Source of the DNA: Eledone cirrhosa
Lineage: Eukaryota
Length of the DNA: 64,000 bases
Assembly (NCBI GenBank): GCA_964016885.1
Contig: OZ024743.1
Location: 133,548,001 to 133,612,000 of the forward strand
Direction: 5' to 3'
Part shown: positions 63,120-64,000 of the stretch, piece by piece
Numbering within the stretch: the first letter of the stretch is position 1
Layout of the letters: every line of letters starts with the position of its first letter
Program-made: the position numbers and the translations under genes
Notes under the pieces: model-generated
The model's database searches: none
Told to the model about the DNA's origin: nothing
The model's input: the letters and a program-made list of their open reading frames with translations, nothing else

Positions 63120-64000
63120 GGTGCTTGGTGCCTGGTGCTTGGTGCTTGGTGCTTGTTGTTTGGTGCTTGGTGCTTGGTGATTAGTATTTGGTGCTTGGTG
63201 CTTGCGGTTTGATGTTTGGTGCTTGGGGTTTGGTGTTTGTTGCTTGGTGCTTGGTGTTTGGTGCTTGGTGCTTGGTGCTTGGTGTTTGGTGCTTGGTGCT
63301 TGGTGTTTGGTGCTTGGTGCTTGGTGTTTGGTGCTTGGTGTTTGGTGCTTGGTGCTTGGTGCTTGGTGCTTGGTGTTTGGTGTTAGGTGTTTGGTGCTTG
63401 GTGCTTGGTGTTTGATGTTTGGTCCTTGGTGCTTGGTGTTTGGTTTTTGGTGCTTGGTGCTTGGTGTTTGGTGTTTGGTGCTTGCTGCTTGCTGCTTGGT
63501 GTTTGGTGCTTGGTGTTTGGGGCTTGGTGTTCGGTGCTTGGCGCTTGGTGCTTGGGGCTTGGTGTTTGGTGTTTGGTGCTTGGTGCTTGGTATTTGATGT
63601 TGGGTCCTTGGTGCTTGGTGTTTGGTGTTTGGTGCTTGGTGTTTGGTGTTTGGTGCTTGGTGCTTGGTGTTTGGTGTTTGGTGCTTGGTGCTTGGGGCTT
63701 GGTGTTTGGTGCTTGGTGCTTGGTGTTTGGTGCTTCGTGCTTGGGGCTTGGTATTTGGTGCTTGGTGCTTGGTGACTGGTGTTTGGTGTTTGGTGTTTGG
63801 GGCTTGGTGTTTGGTGCTTGGTGCTTGGTGCTGGGTGGTTGGTGTTTGGTTCTTGGTGCTTGGTCTTTGGTGTTTGTTGCTTGGTGTTTGGTGCTTGGTG
63901 TTTGGTGCTGGGTGCTTGGTGTTTGGTGCTCGGTGCTTGGTGCTTGGTGCTTGGTGCTTGGTGTTTGGTGTTTGGTGCTTGGTGTTTGGTGTTTGGTGTT
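63120..64000 (+). repeat. Further partial copy of ~56670-57548 (offset 6452), truncated by the window end
   Basis: The rare words gattagtatt, ttggcgcttgg, tatttgatgttgggtcc and gtgactgg are shared. ORF pairs 56750/63202 and 56967/63419. Confidence 0.85.

Larger units (their letters stand above)
1..64000 (+). repeat. Heptamer tandem satellite array (TTGGTGY)n, about 9,100 units, runs off both window edges
   Basis: Every line parses as TTGGTGC/TTGGTGT units with scattered substitution variants (TTGCTGT, TTGATGC, TTAGTGC, CTGGTGC, TTGGGGT, TTGTTGT). I see no unique interruption and no strand inversion. All three + frames translate to the same 7-aa cycle. Confidence 0.99.

Noticed and set aside
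340-63190. CRISPR-like reading: GATTAGTG landmark as repeat with intervening 'spacers'
   Set aside because: Spacing is irregular (hundreds to thousands of bp), the intervening DNA is the same satellite rather than unique spacers, and there is no palindromic repeat, leader or cas gene.
4-63775. Hundreds of + strand ORFs encoding (WCLV[LF]G[AV])n hydrophobic 'membrane proteins'
   Set aside because: All three frames give the same peptide because the 7-bp unit is stop-free. Starts are incidental TTG/GTG codons, ORFs overlap in every frame, and there is no unique domain or codon-position bias.
1-64000. Canonical telomere tract
   Set aside because: There is no TTAGGG/TTTAGGG/TTAGG array (only isolated ttagg/ctagggg variants), and the faithful kb-scale duplication of variant patterns is unlike de novo telomerase synthesis. 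Only a non-canonical or derived telomeric origin remains possible.
1-64000. Bacterial heptamer repeats (cyanobacterial STRR-type) or a pure sequencing artefact
   Set aside because: Bacterial heptamer tracts are short and lie among genes, and none are present in 64 kb. Shared rare variants across nested duplications and the long-range register argue for real DNA rather than polymerase or basecaller stutter, although HOR copy number could be misassembled.

Overview
The whole 64 kb window is one uninterrupted, single-orientation heptamer satellite, (TTGGTG[C/T])n on + and ([G/A]CACCAA)n on -, about 9,100 units. The + strand is almost all G+T and A is very rare. I see no unique sequence, gene, RNA gene, transposon or CRISPR array. 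Every ORF in the track is the stop-free heptamer read in rotating frames (WCLV[LF]G[AV] on +, TKHQ[AT]P[SN] on -), so none is called as a CDS. The real structure is hierarchical. (1) A two-state C/T position plus rare variant units gives each region a readable barcode. (2) A landmark, TTGGTGA-TTAGTGT-N14-TTG[G/C]GGT, recurs about 79 times in four flank classes, suggesting an old sub-kb monomer. (3) Kb-scale duplications occur at offsets of about 4451-4458, 4438/4445, 2695, 8120 (a 4326+3794 dimer), 3058 and 2665 bp. (4) The 7-bp register shows no net shift over about 42 kb. (5) The layout is layered, with a young 8120-bp higher-order repeat core flanked on both sides by a shared older variant class. 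This fits eukaryotic centromeric/pericentromeric or (sub)telomere-like satellite DNA. The organism and function cannot be determined from the sequence, and I found no protein-coding system. All coordinates and offsets were derived by eye from the sequence and ORF track, and boundaries are approximate.
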